Positions 10,918 to 20,751 of a stretch of DNA of 43,811 nucleotides are shown piece by piece. Every line of letters begins with the position of its first letter. The stretch's first letter is position 1. Source of the DNA: Cyanobacteriota bacterium (GTDB lineage Bacteria > Cyanobacteriota > Cyanobacteriia > Thermostichales > Thermostichaceae); NCBI GenBank assembly GCA_033764955.1, contig JANRIL010000033.1, positions 1-43,811 of the forward strand. Direction: 5' to 3'. A model generated the notes under the pieces. It was not told where the DNA came from. It saw nothing but the letters and a program-made list of their open reading frames with translations, and did no database searches. Both the position numbers and the translations under genes were made by a program.

Positions 10918-13521
10918 ATGCTTGCCGAGTATCATCAACAAGCCGCTCAGCGCAGTGCCCTAGGGATCCCACCGTTGCCCTTAAATGCCGCTCAGACGGC
11001 AGAGTTGTGTGAACGGCTGCTCCATCTCCCTGCCGATCAAGGGGAGTTTTTGTTAGAGCTGTTGAGGGAACGGATCCCGCCGGGGGTAGATGAAGCCGCC
11101 TATGTGAAAGCCAGCTTTTTAGGATCCCTAGCCAAAGGAGAGGTCACGTCTCCGTTGCTCTCCCCCAAGCAAGCGGTGGAATTATTGGGCACGATGTTAG
11201 GGGGGTACAACGTAGGGATCCTGGTGGAGTTGCTGGGGGATGCTCGCCCCGAAATCGCCAGTGCTGCCACCACCGCCCTCAGCCATACCTTGCTGATTTT
11301 TGATGCTTTTCACGACATTCAGGAGCTAGCCACCTCTGGGAACGCTTATGCCCAGCAGGTGATGACTGCCTGGGCGGAAGCAGAGTGGTTTACGAGCAAA
11401 CCCACCTTACCTGAGACTATCACCGTCACGATCTTTAAGGTGGAGGGGGAAATCAATACCGATGACCTATCTCCGGCTCGTCATGCCACCACCCGCCCCG
11501 ATATTCCGCTGCATGCGCTGGCGATGTTGGAGTCACGGGCACCGGCATCTTTAGAAACGATTGCTCATCTCAAAACCCTCGGACATCCGGTGGCCTTTGT
11601 CGGGGATGTGGTAGGAACCGGATCCTCTCGCAAGTCAGCCATTAACTCCCTTCTCTGGCACCTGGGACGAGAGATCCCGCATGTTCCCAACAAACGGGTG
11701 GGGGGATATATTTTGGGGGGAACGATTGCCCCGATTTTCTTTAACACCGCCGAAGATGCCGGAGCCTTGCCGATTCAGTGTGATGTCAGTCGCCTAGAAA
11801 CGGGGATGGTCGTGACCATTCATCCCTATCGAGGTCAGATCCTCGATGCCGAGGGATCCCTCCTGGCCACCTTTGTACTGAAGCCGGAAACCCTGCTGGA
11901 TGAAGTGCGAGCGGACGGACGGATCCCCTTGCTCATCGGGCGTGCCCTTACCGACAAAACTCGCCAGACTCTGGGATTACCTATCTGCAAGTTATTTACC
12001 CGTCCCCAACCCTCCACTGACCCAGGCACGGGCTATACCCTAGCGCAAAAAATGGTGGGGAGAGCCTGTGGCCTGCCAGGGATCCGACCGGGGATGTCTT
12101 GTGAGCCTTTGATGACCACCGTGGGATCCCAAGATACTACTGGCCCCATGACCCGTGATGAACTGAAAGAGTTAGCTTGCCTAGGCTTTAACGCCGACTT
12201 GGTAATGCAGAGTTTTTGCCATACCGCTGCTTATCCCAAACCCATCGACATCAAAACCCATCAAGAGCTACCGGATTTCTTTGCTTCCCGTGGTGGGGTA
12301 GCGCTGCGTCCGGGGGATGGCATCATCCATTCTTGGTTGAATCGGATGTTGCTTCCCGATACGGTTGGCACAGGGGGAGACTCCCACACCCGCTTTCCCT
12401 TGGGTATCTCTTTTCCAGCGGGATCCGGTTTGGTGGCTTTTGCCGCTGCTTTGGGGGTGATGCCTCTGGATATGCCGGAATCCGTGCTGGTTCGTTTTTC
12501 TGGGCAACTGCAACCGGGGATCACCCTGCGGGATATTGTCCACGCGATTCCTTATGTGGCGATGCAGCAGGGCTATTTGAGCCTGGATAAACAAAACAAG
12601 AAAAATATCTTTGCCGGACGGATCATGGAGATCGAGGGCTTGCCCGATCTCAAAGTCGAGCAGGCTTTTGAATTTACCGATGCCTCCGCCGAACGCTCCT
12701 GCGCGGGATGCACCATCCAACTCAGCATTGCTACCGTTTCAGAATATCTGCAATCCAACGTCGTTTTGCTGAAAAACATGATTGCCCGTGGCTATCAAGA
12801 TGCCCGCACTCTGCTGCGGCGAATCGCCAAGATGGAGGCGTGGCTGGCGAATCCCAGTTTATTGGAAGCAGATGCCGATGCCAGCTATGCGGCGGTGCTG
12901 GAGATTGATCTCAACCAGATCACTGAGCCGATTGTCTGCGCCCCCAATGATCCTGACAACGTTAAGCTGCTCTCGGAAGTGGCTGGGGATCCCATTCAGG
13001 AGGTATTTATTGGTTCCTGCATGACCAATATCGGTCATTATCGGGCGGCGGCTAAAGTGGTGGAAGGGCAGGGTCGCGCCAAGGTTCACCAGTTCTGGAT
13101 TTGCCCGCCCACCCGTATGGATGAATATCAACTAAAGCAGGAGGGGGTCTATGCCACCTTGGGTGGTGCTGGTGCCCGTACCGAAATGCCGGGGTGCAGC
13201 CTTTGTATGGGCAATCAAGCCCGCGTGGAAGACGGTGCCACGGTCATGTCCACCTCCACCCGCAACTTCAACAATCGTATGGGCAAAGATGCCCGTGTCT
13301 ATCTGGGATCCGCCGAACTCGCCGCCGCCTCTGCCCTGCTGGGACGGATCCCGACGGTGGCGGAATATCGAAACATTGTTGCCCAAAAGCTGGATCCTTT
13401 TGCCGGAGAACTCTACCGCTATCTCAACTTCCACGAGATCCCAGGCTTTGTCGATTCCGGTCGGGTGATTCCCCTCGATCAAATGCCTAAGATCGAGGAT
13501 TTGTTGGGGATCCCCTCCTGA
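10918..13521 (+). CDS. acnB: Aconitate hydratase B / 2-methylisocitrate dehydratase
   Basis: Motifs PPGVDEAAYVKA, GTGSSRKSA, VGSQDTTGPMT, QSFCHTAAYPK, FIGSCMTN and PGCSLCMGNQ. ATG at 10918 after GGAG. Confidence 0.97.
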   Translation: MLAEYHQQAAQRSALGIPPLPLNAAQTAELCERLLHLPADQGEFLLELLRERIPPGVDEAAYVKASFLGSLAKGEVTSPLLSPKQAVELLGTMLGGYNVGILVELLGDARPEIASAATTALSHTLLIFDAFHDIQELATSGNAYAQQVMTAWAEAEWFTSKPTLPETITVTIFKVEGEINTDDLSPARHATTRPDIPLHALAMLESRAPASLETIAHLKTLGHPVAFVGDVVGTGSSRKSAINSLLWHLGREIPHVPNKRVGGYILGGTIAPIFFNTAEDAGALPIQCDVSRLETGMVVTIHPYRGQILDAEGSLLATFVLKPETLLDEVRADGRIPLLIGRALTDKTRQTLGLPICKLFTRPQPSTDPGTGYTLAQKMVGRACGLPGIRPGMSCEPLMTTVGSQDTTGPMTRDELKELACLGFNADLVMQSFCHTAAYPKPIDIKTHQELPDFFASRGGVALRPGDGIIHSWLNRMLLPDTVGTGGDSHTRFPLGISFPAGSGLVAFAAALGVMPLDMPESVLVRFSGQLQPGITLRDIVHAIPYVAMQQGYLSLDKQNKKNIFAGRIMEIEGLPDLKVEQAFEFTDASAERSCAGCTIQLSIATVSEYLQSNVVLLKNMIARGYQDARTLLRRIAKMEAWLANPSLLEADADASYAAVLEIDLNQITEPIVCAPNDPDNVKLLSEVAGDPIQEVFIGSCMTNIGHYRAAAKVVEGQGRAKVHQFWICPPTRMDEYQLKQEGVYATLGGAGARTEMPGCSLCMGNQARVEDGATVMSTSTRNFNNRMGKDARVYLGSAELAAASALLGRIPTVAEYRNIVAQKLDPFAGELYRYLNFHEIPGFVDSGRVIPLDQMPKIEDLLGIPS

Positions 13522-13686
13522 TGGATTTCTGACTCAAGGGTTGAACTGACCTCTCATCTAGTCTGAATCCACGCTCAGCCAAAAAGTCTGATCCAAAAAA
13601 TTCTAAAAACCCTGGAATATCTGCCCAGCGTTGAAGACAGATTTGGGATAAGTTTGGGGGAGATTCGGTAGCAGGGGGCGCAACTC

Positions 13687-15159
13687 GTGGAACCCATCGT
13701 GATGATTGTGGCTAGCCTGGTGGCTTTGTTGGTGGGCGGGCTGGAGGGCTGGAGAAACCGTCAGGATTGGCAAAGTTTATCCCCTTTGGCTTGGCGCGGG
13801 ATCGGGGTGGGTCTCACCGTTTGTGCTGGGTTGGCGGTGGCATTGCGGCAATTCCTCCAGCCGGACAGCTTAACCTGGGCTTTGCTGCTGTTGGGAGGAT
13901 TATTGGGCGTTGGTCTGAGCCTACTGAGTGGGTTGGGGCGCGCCGCTCAAGCGCTTGTGCTTTTGGGAGTCAGTTTGGGGACGGGGCTGTTGCCTGCGGA
14001 TCCTGAGGTTGTGTTGCCCCACCTGGCTGCCTTGGGATTGGGATCCGGATTGGTTGGGATCCCAACTCTCTTAGTGATGCCAGCCAGTGCCGGACAGGGG
14101 CTATTGCTGGGGATGGGGCAACTGTGGGTATGGATCGCCGCCGTCGTCTGGGGATCCCGTTTGGCTAGTTTGAGTAATCCCCAGGATGGGGGTTGGATGG
14201 TTCTGCTTCCTCTGGGGTTGGTTTGTCTGAGTATCTTGGGGGGAACGATTCCCCTTTTGGTAGGTAACCTTAGCCCTGCTACCCAAACTTGGCAGACTTG
14301 GATCGGTCGAGCTGTGGGCTGGCTCGTCACAGAGTTGCTGGCTATCGCCCTCATCCACAATTGGCTACGCCAAGACTCTTTTTATGGGCTGATCTTTGGG
14401 GCGGGGTTATTGGGATCCCTGGCTTTGTTAGCGTTGGAACATCGACCCGTCAGCTCAACCCCACCGCTACCGGGGAGCTGGCTGTGGCGCGGTACCGTTA
14501 GCCTTCTCTTCGTGGGGGGCGGATCGTTACTGGCGCTGCGGCTGGGGGGATCCTATGGGGCTGCTCTCCTGGGGATAGGCTTGTTGGCGTGGCCGGGATA
14601 TTGGGCTACGTTGGCAGCGCTCTTTTTGGCCGCCCGACCGTTGGTGCAAAGCTTGCTCTATCAGTTTGATCTCAACTTGAGCGGCATCAACATCACCCAT
14701 TCCTATACCTATGCGGCACTCTATCTGGGGATTGCCGTGATGCTCTTGGCAGCAGTAACTCGCTATACTTACAGCCGTTCTGCTCCGTTGCTAACGGCAG
14801 TCGGATTGACGCTAGCTAGCGTTGCCCTGCCGGGGCTGGTGGGATTTTTTATCCACCTGGAGCCACAGGCTGCCTTTCTATTGGCTGCCATGATGGTAGG
14901 GCTGGTCATCGCCGCCCTAGAGCCGATCTGGGCAGAATTGCCAGGGATCCCGAACTGGCTGGGAGCACAGGGCTTGTTATGGACGATCCTAGCCTGCTTG
15001 ACGGCACTCCTGACCACCCCCCTCACCACCTTGGGCGATACCGCCACTCGGGTGGAACGGCTGATCGGGTTGGCAATTGTAACGGGCATTCTCGCTGTCG
15101 GGACACTGGTTTTGCATCGCTGGCAAGCCATAACTCGTTCCCAACACCCAACCGGATAG
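13687..15159 (+). CDS. Polytopic membrane protein of unknown function (possible degenerate membrane-PPase fold)
   Basis: 490-aa ORF that is almost entirely hydrophobic segments with short loops. GTG start. The function is not established; see findings. Confidence 0.75.
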   Translation: MEPIVMIVASLVALLVGGLEGWRNRQDWQSLSPLAWRGIGVGLTVCAGLAVALRQFLQPDSLTWALLLLGGLLGVGLSLLSGLGRAAQALVLLGVSLGTGLLPADPEVVLPHLAALGLGSGLVGIPTLLVMPASAGQGLLLGMGQLWVWIAAVVWGSRLASLSNPQDGGWMVLLPLGLVCLSILGGTIPLLVGNLSPATQTWQTWIGRAVGWLVTELLAIALIHNWLRQDSFYGLIFGAGLLGSLALLALEHRPVSSTPPLPGSWLWRGTVSLLFVGGGSLLALRLGGSYGAALLGIGLLAWPGYWATLAALFLAARPLVQSLLYQFDLNLSGINITHSYTYAALYLGIAVMLLAAVTRYTYSRSAPLLTAVGLTLASVALPGLVGFFIHLEPQAAFLLAAMMVGLVIAALEPIWAELPGIPNWLGAQGLLWTILACLTALLTTPLTTLGDTATRVERLIGLAIVTGILAVGTLVLHRWQAITRSQHPTG

Positions 15160-15347
15160 CCGAGGGATAGGCAACTTGAGAGGGCAGCATGGTTCAATCA
15201 GGGAAATCTTTTGATGTTGTTCGGGACAATAGGACTTCTGCATGGAGAAGCTATATGTCATCCGAGAACTCACACAGTGGTCAGAGCAATCGTTGAAACT
15301 GAATCTTTGTAATCTTTGGATCTTTCACTTTTCTTGAGAAACGGCTT

Positions 15348-15722
15348 CTAAAAATTAGCTCGGTATTGATACAGATCTACGGAAATGCCAGATGGCTCAA
15401 CCCAAACCGGGATCCCTTTGATCGCTAGCCCCTTTTGATCCACCTGGAGGGGCAGTTGTTGCAGAGTGTTAGCCCATTCATTCAGGCGGGGATGTCCCCA
15501 ATCGGCTTCTGTGGCCTTTATTGAGTCTGGAGAGAGATGCACAGCCAAAGCCGTGACCGGGGAAGGGGGCCTATGAGCTTGCGACCAAGCTTGATAGGAA
15601 CTGCTGGCGCTGGGGGTGATGGGTTGGAGATCCTGACCCCGCGCAACCTCTGCCCAGCCAGAAACACCTACGAGCCAGATACTCGTCCACTGGATCCACC
15701 CCAGTTTATGGGTTCGCTTCAT
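15348..15722 (-). CDS. Hypothetical exported protein
   Basis: From ATG 15722 (GAGG upstream): MKRTHKLGWIQWTSIWLVGVSGWAEVARG-QD, a signal-peptide-like N-terminus. Fills the gap between flanking genes. Start is uncertain. Confidence 0.55.
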   Translation of the reverse strand: MKRTHKLGWIQWTSIWLVGVSGWAEVARGQDLQPITPSASSSYQAWSQAHRPPSPVTALAVHLSPDSIKATEADWGHPRLNEWANTLQQLPLQVDQKGLAIKGIPVWVEPSGISVDLYQYRANF

Positions 15723-15954
15723 AATTTGCATCCTCAGGGGAAACAGCCAGACGCCGCCGGATAGGCTCAAGACTGAGGGCGCTCCGTTGGCGTTCCGTCC
15801 GATGAACCCACAATTTCTTCGGTGACTAAACCGATTAAACACGCCCGGATCCCCCCCTTCCCCATGACGTTTGAACTAATTTTATTGACGACAATCCGCA
15901 ATCTTGTTTGCAATCGGGAGGAATGGTCGGGTTGATGGTATCGTGAGGGCTTGA

Positions 15955-16067
15955 TCGGTTCTGATGGGGATCAGCTATCAGAGGTAACGGGGAAAGCTTG
16001 GTGCAAGTCCAACACTGTCCCGCAACTGTCAGGAGATGTCACTTCTCTAAGTCAGGATGCCCGCCGA
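15955..16067 (+). ncRNA. Cobalamin (B12) riboswitch
   Basis: Canonical elements TCGGTTC..., AACGGGGAAAGcttGGTGCAAGTCCaacACTGTCCCGCAACTGT and B12-box AGTCAGGATGCCCGCCGA. The 5' TCGG pairs with the 3' CCGA. Lies directly upstream of a HupE/UreJ gene. Confidence 0.92.
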
Positions 16068-16120
16068 GAATCATCCACAACACATAGTGATCGACGAGTT
16101 GATCTGCGAGGTACAGAATC

Positions 16121-16849
16121 ATGGCGAGATTGGGCTGGGGATCCCTGGGATCCTCATTGTGGCAACGGAGTTTGCTGAGACGGTTGGGGCAAGGGCTGAG
16201 TGGGGGGGTTGCCCTGTTCAGCGTAGCGGGATCCTGGGGAAGGGCTGCCTATGCCCATCATCCTTTGGGGGGTGAGATTCCAGCGACTTTTGCTCAAGGA
16301 TTTCTTTCGGGGATTGCTCACCCGATGATTGAGTTGGATCATTTGGTGTTTGTGATTGCGGTCGGACTGTTAGCCCTGCTCAGACCTCGCGGCTTATGGA
16401 TACCGATGAGTTTTGTCTTCGGCACGCTGCTGGGATCCTTGGGGCATCTGCAGGGATTAGAGATCCCCGGATTAGAACTGGGGATCGCTGGCTCGATTGT
16501 GGTTATAGGCATCCTCTTGGCGCTCACTCCTCCCCCTAACCTCCCGGTGCTGCTGGGCTTAAGCGGATTGGCTGGTCTGCTGCATGGCTATGCCTACGCC
16601 GAAGCGATTATTGGGGCAGAAAATACGCCTCTGCTGGCTTACCTGCTGGGCTTTAGTCTGACGCAACTACTGATCGCTCTGCTGGCCTATGGGTTGGGAC
16701 GGCGATGGTTTCTGGATCTAGCCCCTGCGGAGCCACCAACCAGCCGACGGTTCAGCTTGCCCATAGCCGGATGGGTGATTTGTGGAATGGGCTTAGCGTT
16801 TCTGGGATCCCAACTGATGGAGGGGCTACTGTCCAGTATGGGGATTTAG
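16121..16849 (+). CDS. HupE/UreJ-family Ni/Co transporter
   Basis: Signal peptide ending AYA-HH, GFLSGIAHPMIELDHL, ELGIAGSIVVIG and GLLHGYAYAE. Confidence 0.9.
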   Translation: MARLGWGSLGSSLWQRSLLRRLGQGLSGGVALFSVAGSWGRAAYAHHPLGGEIPATFAQGFLSGIAHPMIELDHLVFVIAVGLLALLRPRGLWIPMSFVFGTLLGSLGHLQGLEIPGLELGIAGSIVVIGILLALTPPPNLPVLLGLSGLAGLLHGYAYAEAIIGAENTPLLAYLLGFSLTQLLIALLAYGLGRRWFLDLAPAEPPTSRRFSLPIAGWVICGMGLAFLGSQLMEGLLSSMGI

Positions 16850-16867
16850 GCTATCAAAACCCACAGC

Positions 16868-16898
16868 AAAAGGGCAGAGTCTGGATGGATTCTGCCCT
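16868..16898. terminator. Terminator hairpin between convergent hupE-like gene and rps1
   Basis: AGGGCAGAGTC (16871-16881) / GATTCTGCCCT (16888-16898) stem. The AAAA at 16868-16871 gives a short U-tail on the minus strand. Confidence 0.65.
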
Positions 16899-16930
16899 GA
16901 TGAAATAGGTTGGCTGTTTGCTGATGTTAA

Positions 16931-17908
16931 TTACTCGGTGGCTCCGGCGTACTCTAATTCTTCTTCTTCGGCGATGGGTTCACTCTCCACCACGGGAGCT
17001 TCTTTGGCCTGTTGAGCTGCTAGCATCTGTTCGCGGTATTTCGCCGCCATCTCTTCCGCTCCGGCATAGACCATTTGGGGATCCCGTGTCATATCACCGG
17101 GGTTAGCCTCCAGTTGCTTGGTGGAAAGGGAGATACGACCCCGCTCGGCATCGAGATCGATAATCATCACCTTCACTTCGTCATTGACGTTAAAGACACT
17201 GTGGGGAGTATCGATATGGTCATGGGAGATTTCTGAGATGTGCAGCAAGCCGCTCACGCCACCAATATCGATAAAGGCTCCGTAGGGTTTGATGCCCCGT
17301 ACTGAACCAATCACCACTTCCCCCACCTCCAGCTTGTTCATCTTGCGCTCGACGAGGGCGCGGCGATGGCTGAGGACAAGGCGGTTGCGGTCTTCGTCCA
17401 CTTCCAAAAACTTGAGGGGTAATTCTTCCCCCACCAATTCTTCCTTGGGCTTGCGGGTGCTGATGTGGGATCCCGGAATAAATCCCCGCAATCCTTCGAT
17501 CCGCACCAAGGCTCCCCCGCGATTGGTGGCAAAAATGCTGGAGCGCACCGTTGCATCTTCCGTTTGTAGCTGACGTACCCGTTCCCAGGCTCGCATGTAT
17601 TCAATGCGGCGGATGGAAAGGGTGAGCTGACCTTCTTCGTTTTCTTCCGTCAGGATGAAAAACTCGCGGGTTTCTCCCGGTTGCAGCATCTCTTCAGGGT
17701 TGTCGATGCGACTGATCGACATCTCTTGTAGGGGCAAAAAGGCGGCTGTCTTGGCTCCGATATCAATAAGCGCCCCCCGTGGCTCTAGCGAAAAAACCGT
17801 GCCAGCTACGATTTCCCCCGGACTGAAGTGGTAGTCGTATTTGTCCAGTAACGAAGCAAAGTCGTCTAGGGTAAATCCAATGTTGCGGGTCGTAGTGGTC
17901 TGGCTCAT
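16931..17908 (-). CDS. rpsA: 30S ribosomal protein S1 (cyanobacterial three-domain type)
   Basis: Motifs LLDKYDYHFSPG, GALIDIGAKTAAF, TNRGGALVRIEGLRGFIPGSH and KPYGAFIDIGGVSGLLHISEIS. Confidence 0.97.
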   Translation of the reverse strand: MSQTTTTRNIGFTLDDFASLLDKYDYHFSPGEIVAGTVFSLEPRGALIDIGAKTAAFLPLQEMSISRIDNPEEMLQPGETREFFILTEENEEGQLTLSIRRIEYMRAWERVRQLQTEDATVRSSIFATNRGGALVRIEGLRGFIPGSHISTRKPKEELVGEELPLKFLEVDEDRNRLVLSHRRALVERKMNKLEVGEVVIGSVRGIKPYGAFIDIGGVSGLLHISEISHDHIDTPHSVFNVNDEVKVMIIDLDAERGRISLSTKQLEANPGDMTRDPQMVYAGAEEMAAKYREQMLAAQQAKEAPVVESEPIAEEEELEYAGATE

Positions 17909-18103
17909 AGGGTTGACGGAGAATCTGCCGATGTAGATAGGTGGATGAGATGGCTCTCAAGAAGTGCGGAATTACTATCGTAACCCATAGGTTCCCTATT
18001 TGTGCCAGTGTTTGTGCTAGATTCCTGCCAGTGGGATCCCAGATAGCTGGTTCTGGGGCGGGCGAAAGGGATTCCTAGCACTAACCGGGGCGGAGCGAAG
18101 ACG

Positions 18104-19177
18104 TTGCAATTTGTTGATCAAGCGGAAATTTGGGTAGAAGCGGGGGATGGCGGTAATGGCATTGTGGCCTTTCGCCGTGAAAAATTTGTGCCTGCCGGAG
18201 GTCCTTCCGGTGGCAACGGGGGACGGGGTGGCTCCGTCTGGTTGGTAGCCGATAGCAATCTGCAAACCCTCTTAGACTTCCGCTTTCAGCCGTTAATTCG
18301 GGCGGCGGCGGGGGAGAAGGGGGGGCCAAACAACCGCACGGGAGCGAGTGGTGCCGATTGCTTCCTGGCCGTTCCCTGCGGCACCTTGGTCTATGCCACG
18401 GAAACTGGAGAATTGTTGGGGGATCTGACTTGGCCTGGGGATCGCCTGCGGGTGGCCGAGGGGGGGGCGGGTGGAATGGGCAACGCCCATTTTTTGAGCA
18501 ACCGCAATCGTGCTCCCACCAAAACAACGGCGGGAAAGCCAGGGGAAAAACGGCATCTCCGCCTGGAACTCAAGCTGATCGCCGAGGTGGGTATTGTGGG
18601 ACTACCCAATGCCGGAAAATCCACTCTAATTTCTGTATTATCGGCGGCGCGACCCAAAATTGCTGACTACCCATTTACCACCCTTGTCCCCAACTTGGGG
18701 GTTGTTCCCCGCCCCCCCTCGGATGGGGTGGTATTTGCCGATATTCCTGGATTGATCGCGGGAGCGCACCAGGGGGTGGGGTTGGGACATGATTTCTTGC
18801 GCCATGTGGAACGAACACGCCTATTGATTCACTTGCTGGATGGACAAGCGGAGGATCCTGTGGCCGACTATCAGACCATTCAGCAGGAATTGGTGGCCTA
18901 TGGGCATGGCTTAGCTGAGAAACCACAACTGGTTGCCCTCAATAAAATGGATGTTTGGGCTTCCTCACCCTTAGCCGCCGACCTCCAGCAACGCCTGCGA
19001 GTTGCCAGCGGATCCGAGGTTTTCGCCATTTCTGCCGTTAGCCGCACGGGGTTGGATACTCTCCTCCATGCGGTCTGGCAGGAGTTGGATCGCCTAAAGT
19101 CTCCCTCTGTCCTTGAGAATCCCGACTCTTTCCCTCTGCTTGGTGTTCTGCCCCCATCACAGCCATTCCCCTTTTGA
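18104..19177 (+). CDS. obgE: GTPase ObgE/CgtA
   Basis: TTG start. Gly-rich Obg fold ([21 protein letters not shown]), [18 protein letters not shown] and NKMD. Confidence 0.97.
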   Translation: MQFVDQAEIWVEAGDGGNGIVAFRREKFVPAGGPSGGNGGRGGSVWLVADSNLQTLLDFRFQPLIRAAAGEKGGPNNRTGASGADCFLAVPCGTLVYATETGELLGDLTWPGDRLRVAEGGAGGMGNAHFLSNRNRAPTKTTAGKPGEKRHLRLELKLIAEVGIVGLPNAGKSTLISVLSAARPKIADYPFTTLVPNLGVVPRPPSDGVVFADIPGLIAGAHQGVGLGHDFLRHVERTRLLIHLLDGQAEDPVADYQTIQQELVAYGHGLAEKPQLVALNKMDVWASSPLAADLQQRLRVASGSEVFAISAVSRTGLDTLLHAVWQELDRLKSPSVLENPDSFPLLGVLPPSQPFPF

Positions 19178-19276
19178 GAGACATCGGTTCTGGGTTTAGA
19201 CATGGCTATACAGCCAGGATATGCACAGGAATCGCTGAAGCGTTAAAAAAAGGGAAAGCCCAGAAAGGGATCCCCC

Positions 19277-20065
19277 TCAGCTTGATGATTTAGGCTCTTC
19301 CAGGGCACATTCTTGCCGTAGAGAGGACGCTAACTGTTGGGTCAAGCGGCAGGCCAGTATTTTATCGTGGACGGGGGAAGCCGTTTGGGGTGCATCACGA
19401 TCGCCCTCAGGGGAGAGATAGAGGGGATCCCGAATGGTAATCACCACCTTGGCTCGCCACTGGGGGCGGGGCTGATACTCAATCACAATCGGAATAACGG
19501 GGATCAACTGCTGATAGCGACGCAACATCCGCACCAGTAAACGAGCCAAACCTGGCTTCAACTCTCCCATCTGGTGGGGATGAATGCCGCCCTCTGGGAA
19601 AATAACCAGGGTTTCTCCCGCTAACAAAAGTTGCTCCATCTGGTGAATCGAGGAGCTACGGGTGCCTATCCGGTCGATCGGAATTGCCCCTAAACGGGAC
19701 ATCCACCACCCCTGCCAACCGACAAACTCTGTACGGGTGGCAACATAGCGCAACGGATGAGGACTCAGTAACCCCATAACTACTGGATCCCAGCGGCTTG
19801 TGTGGCGGGGAGCCAAAATTAGCGGGGAAATTGTGGGATCCCTCCGTTTGTCCGTCAAGGATCCCACAATTTCCACCCGAAAATAGAGAGCCATCAACAA
19901 ACGGTGCCACGGTCTGACCCCATAAAACAACCAAAGCCACAGGAGGTCAGGCAAGCCATCTGACAAGGATATGGTCTGCTTGGCGGATCTGTGGTGGAGA
20001 CTATTGATTTTCATGGCTAAAACCGTGCAGGAAAGACCCAGATGAGCAGCGGCAAAGGTATCCAT
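19277..20065 (-). CDS. Lysophospholipid acyltransferase (PlsC family)
   Basis: HX4D motif PRHTSRWD, GAIPIDR and IFPEGG. The start is uncertain (20065 or 20014). Confidence 0.85.
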   Translation of the reverse strand: MDTFAAAHLGLSCTVLAMKINSLHHRSAKQTISLSDGLPDLLWLWLFYGVRPWHRLLMALYFRVEIVGSLTDKRRDPTISPLILAPRHTSRWDPVVMGLLSPHPLRYVATRTEFVGWQGWWMSRLGAIPIDRIGTRSSSIHQMEQLLLAGETLVIFPEGGIHPHQMGELKPGLARLLVRMLRRYQQLIPVIPIVIEYQPRPQWRAKVVITIRDPLYLSPEGDRDAPQTASPVHDKILACRLTQQLASSLRQECALEEPKSSS

Positions 20066-20313
20066 GATTGAAGCATTGCTGCCCCATGAGTGTCCCCCCT
20101 ATCGATCTGGGATAGGACAACAGCAAACCCCGAATGGGCGAGTTTGTCTAGACCCAAGAGGATCTCTCCAGAGACTATCCCGCCAACATGACTACGCAAA
20201 AGCGGGATCCCTGGTGACCTCAATCACCCGCTAATGGTGCTCATGACCTCCAGACAGCGAGCTTTTCTTTGGGTAGAGTATGGCTGAGTGAGGAGTTGAG
20301 TGATACGGTTTCT

Positions 20314-20499
20314 ATGAAAGATCTGATGGGCTTAATAGTGGCGATACTGATTTTGGTCGCCAGTCGGGCTAGTGCCGATAACCTAGGCAAGAAAATGCCT
20401 CTACAAAATTTGCCTCTACAATCAGCAGAGTCACCCCCCGCCAATCAGGATAGCGCTCCCCCACTAACCCCATCCTCAACTGGAAAATTTCTGAAATAG
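20314..20499 (+). CDS. Possible small exported protein
   Basis: MKDLMGLIVAILILVASRASA-DNL, a signal-peptide-like start with an ASA cleavage site and a Pro/Ser-rich tail; 61 aa. Confidence 0.4.
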   Translation: MKDLMGLIVAILILVASRASADNLGKKMPLQNLPLQSAESPPANQDSAPPLTPSSTGKFLK

Positions 20500-20751
20500 C
20501 TAACGGGGTAGGAGCGCCAGTTTTGTGTGGGTATGGCGGCGGTCTCGGACTTGAGCACGATTCGGTGTGACTAGCAACCCAATTGCAGCGGACAGTTGGG
20601 AGTCTTTTCGTGTATCGTCCTGGTCGATCTGCTGCTGTTCAAGGGAACGGTTTATCTGTGTCTGCCAGTGGTTTCTGGGGGGCAAAAAGCGTTCCGTTTC
20701 GAGCCGCAACAGATTAGGATATGAGGGATCCCAGCCCTCACGAGCCGTCTC

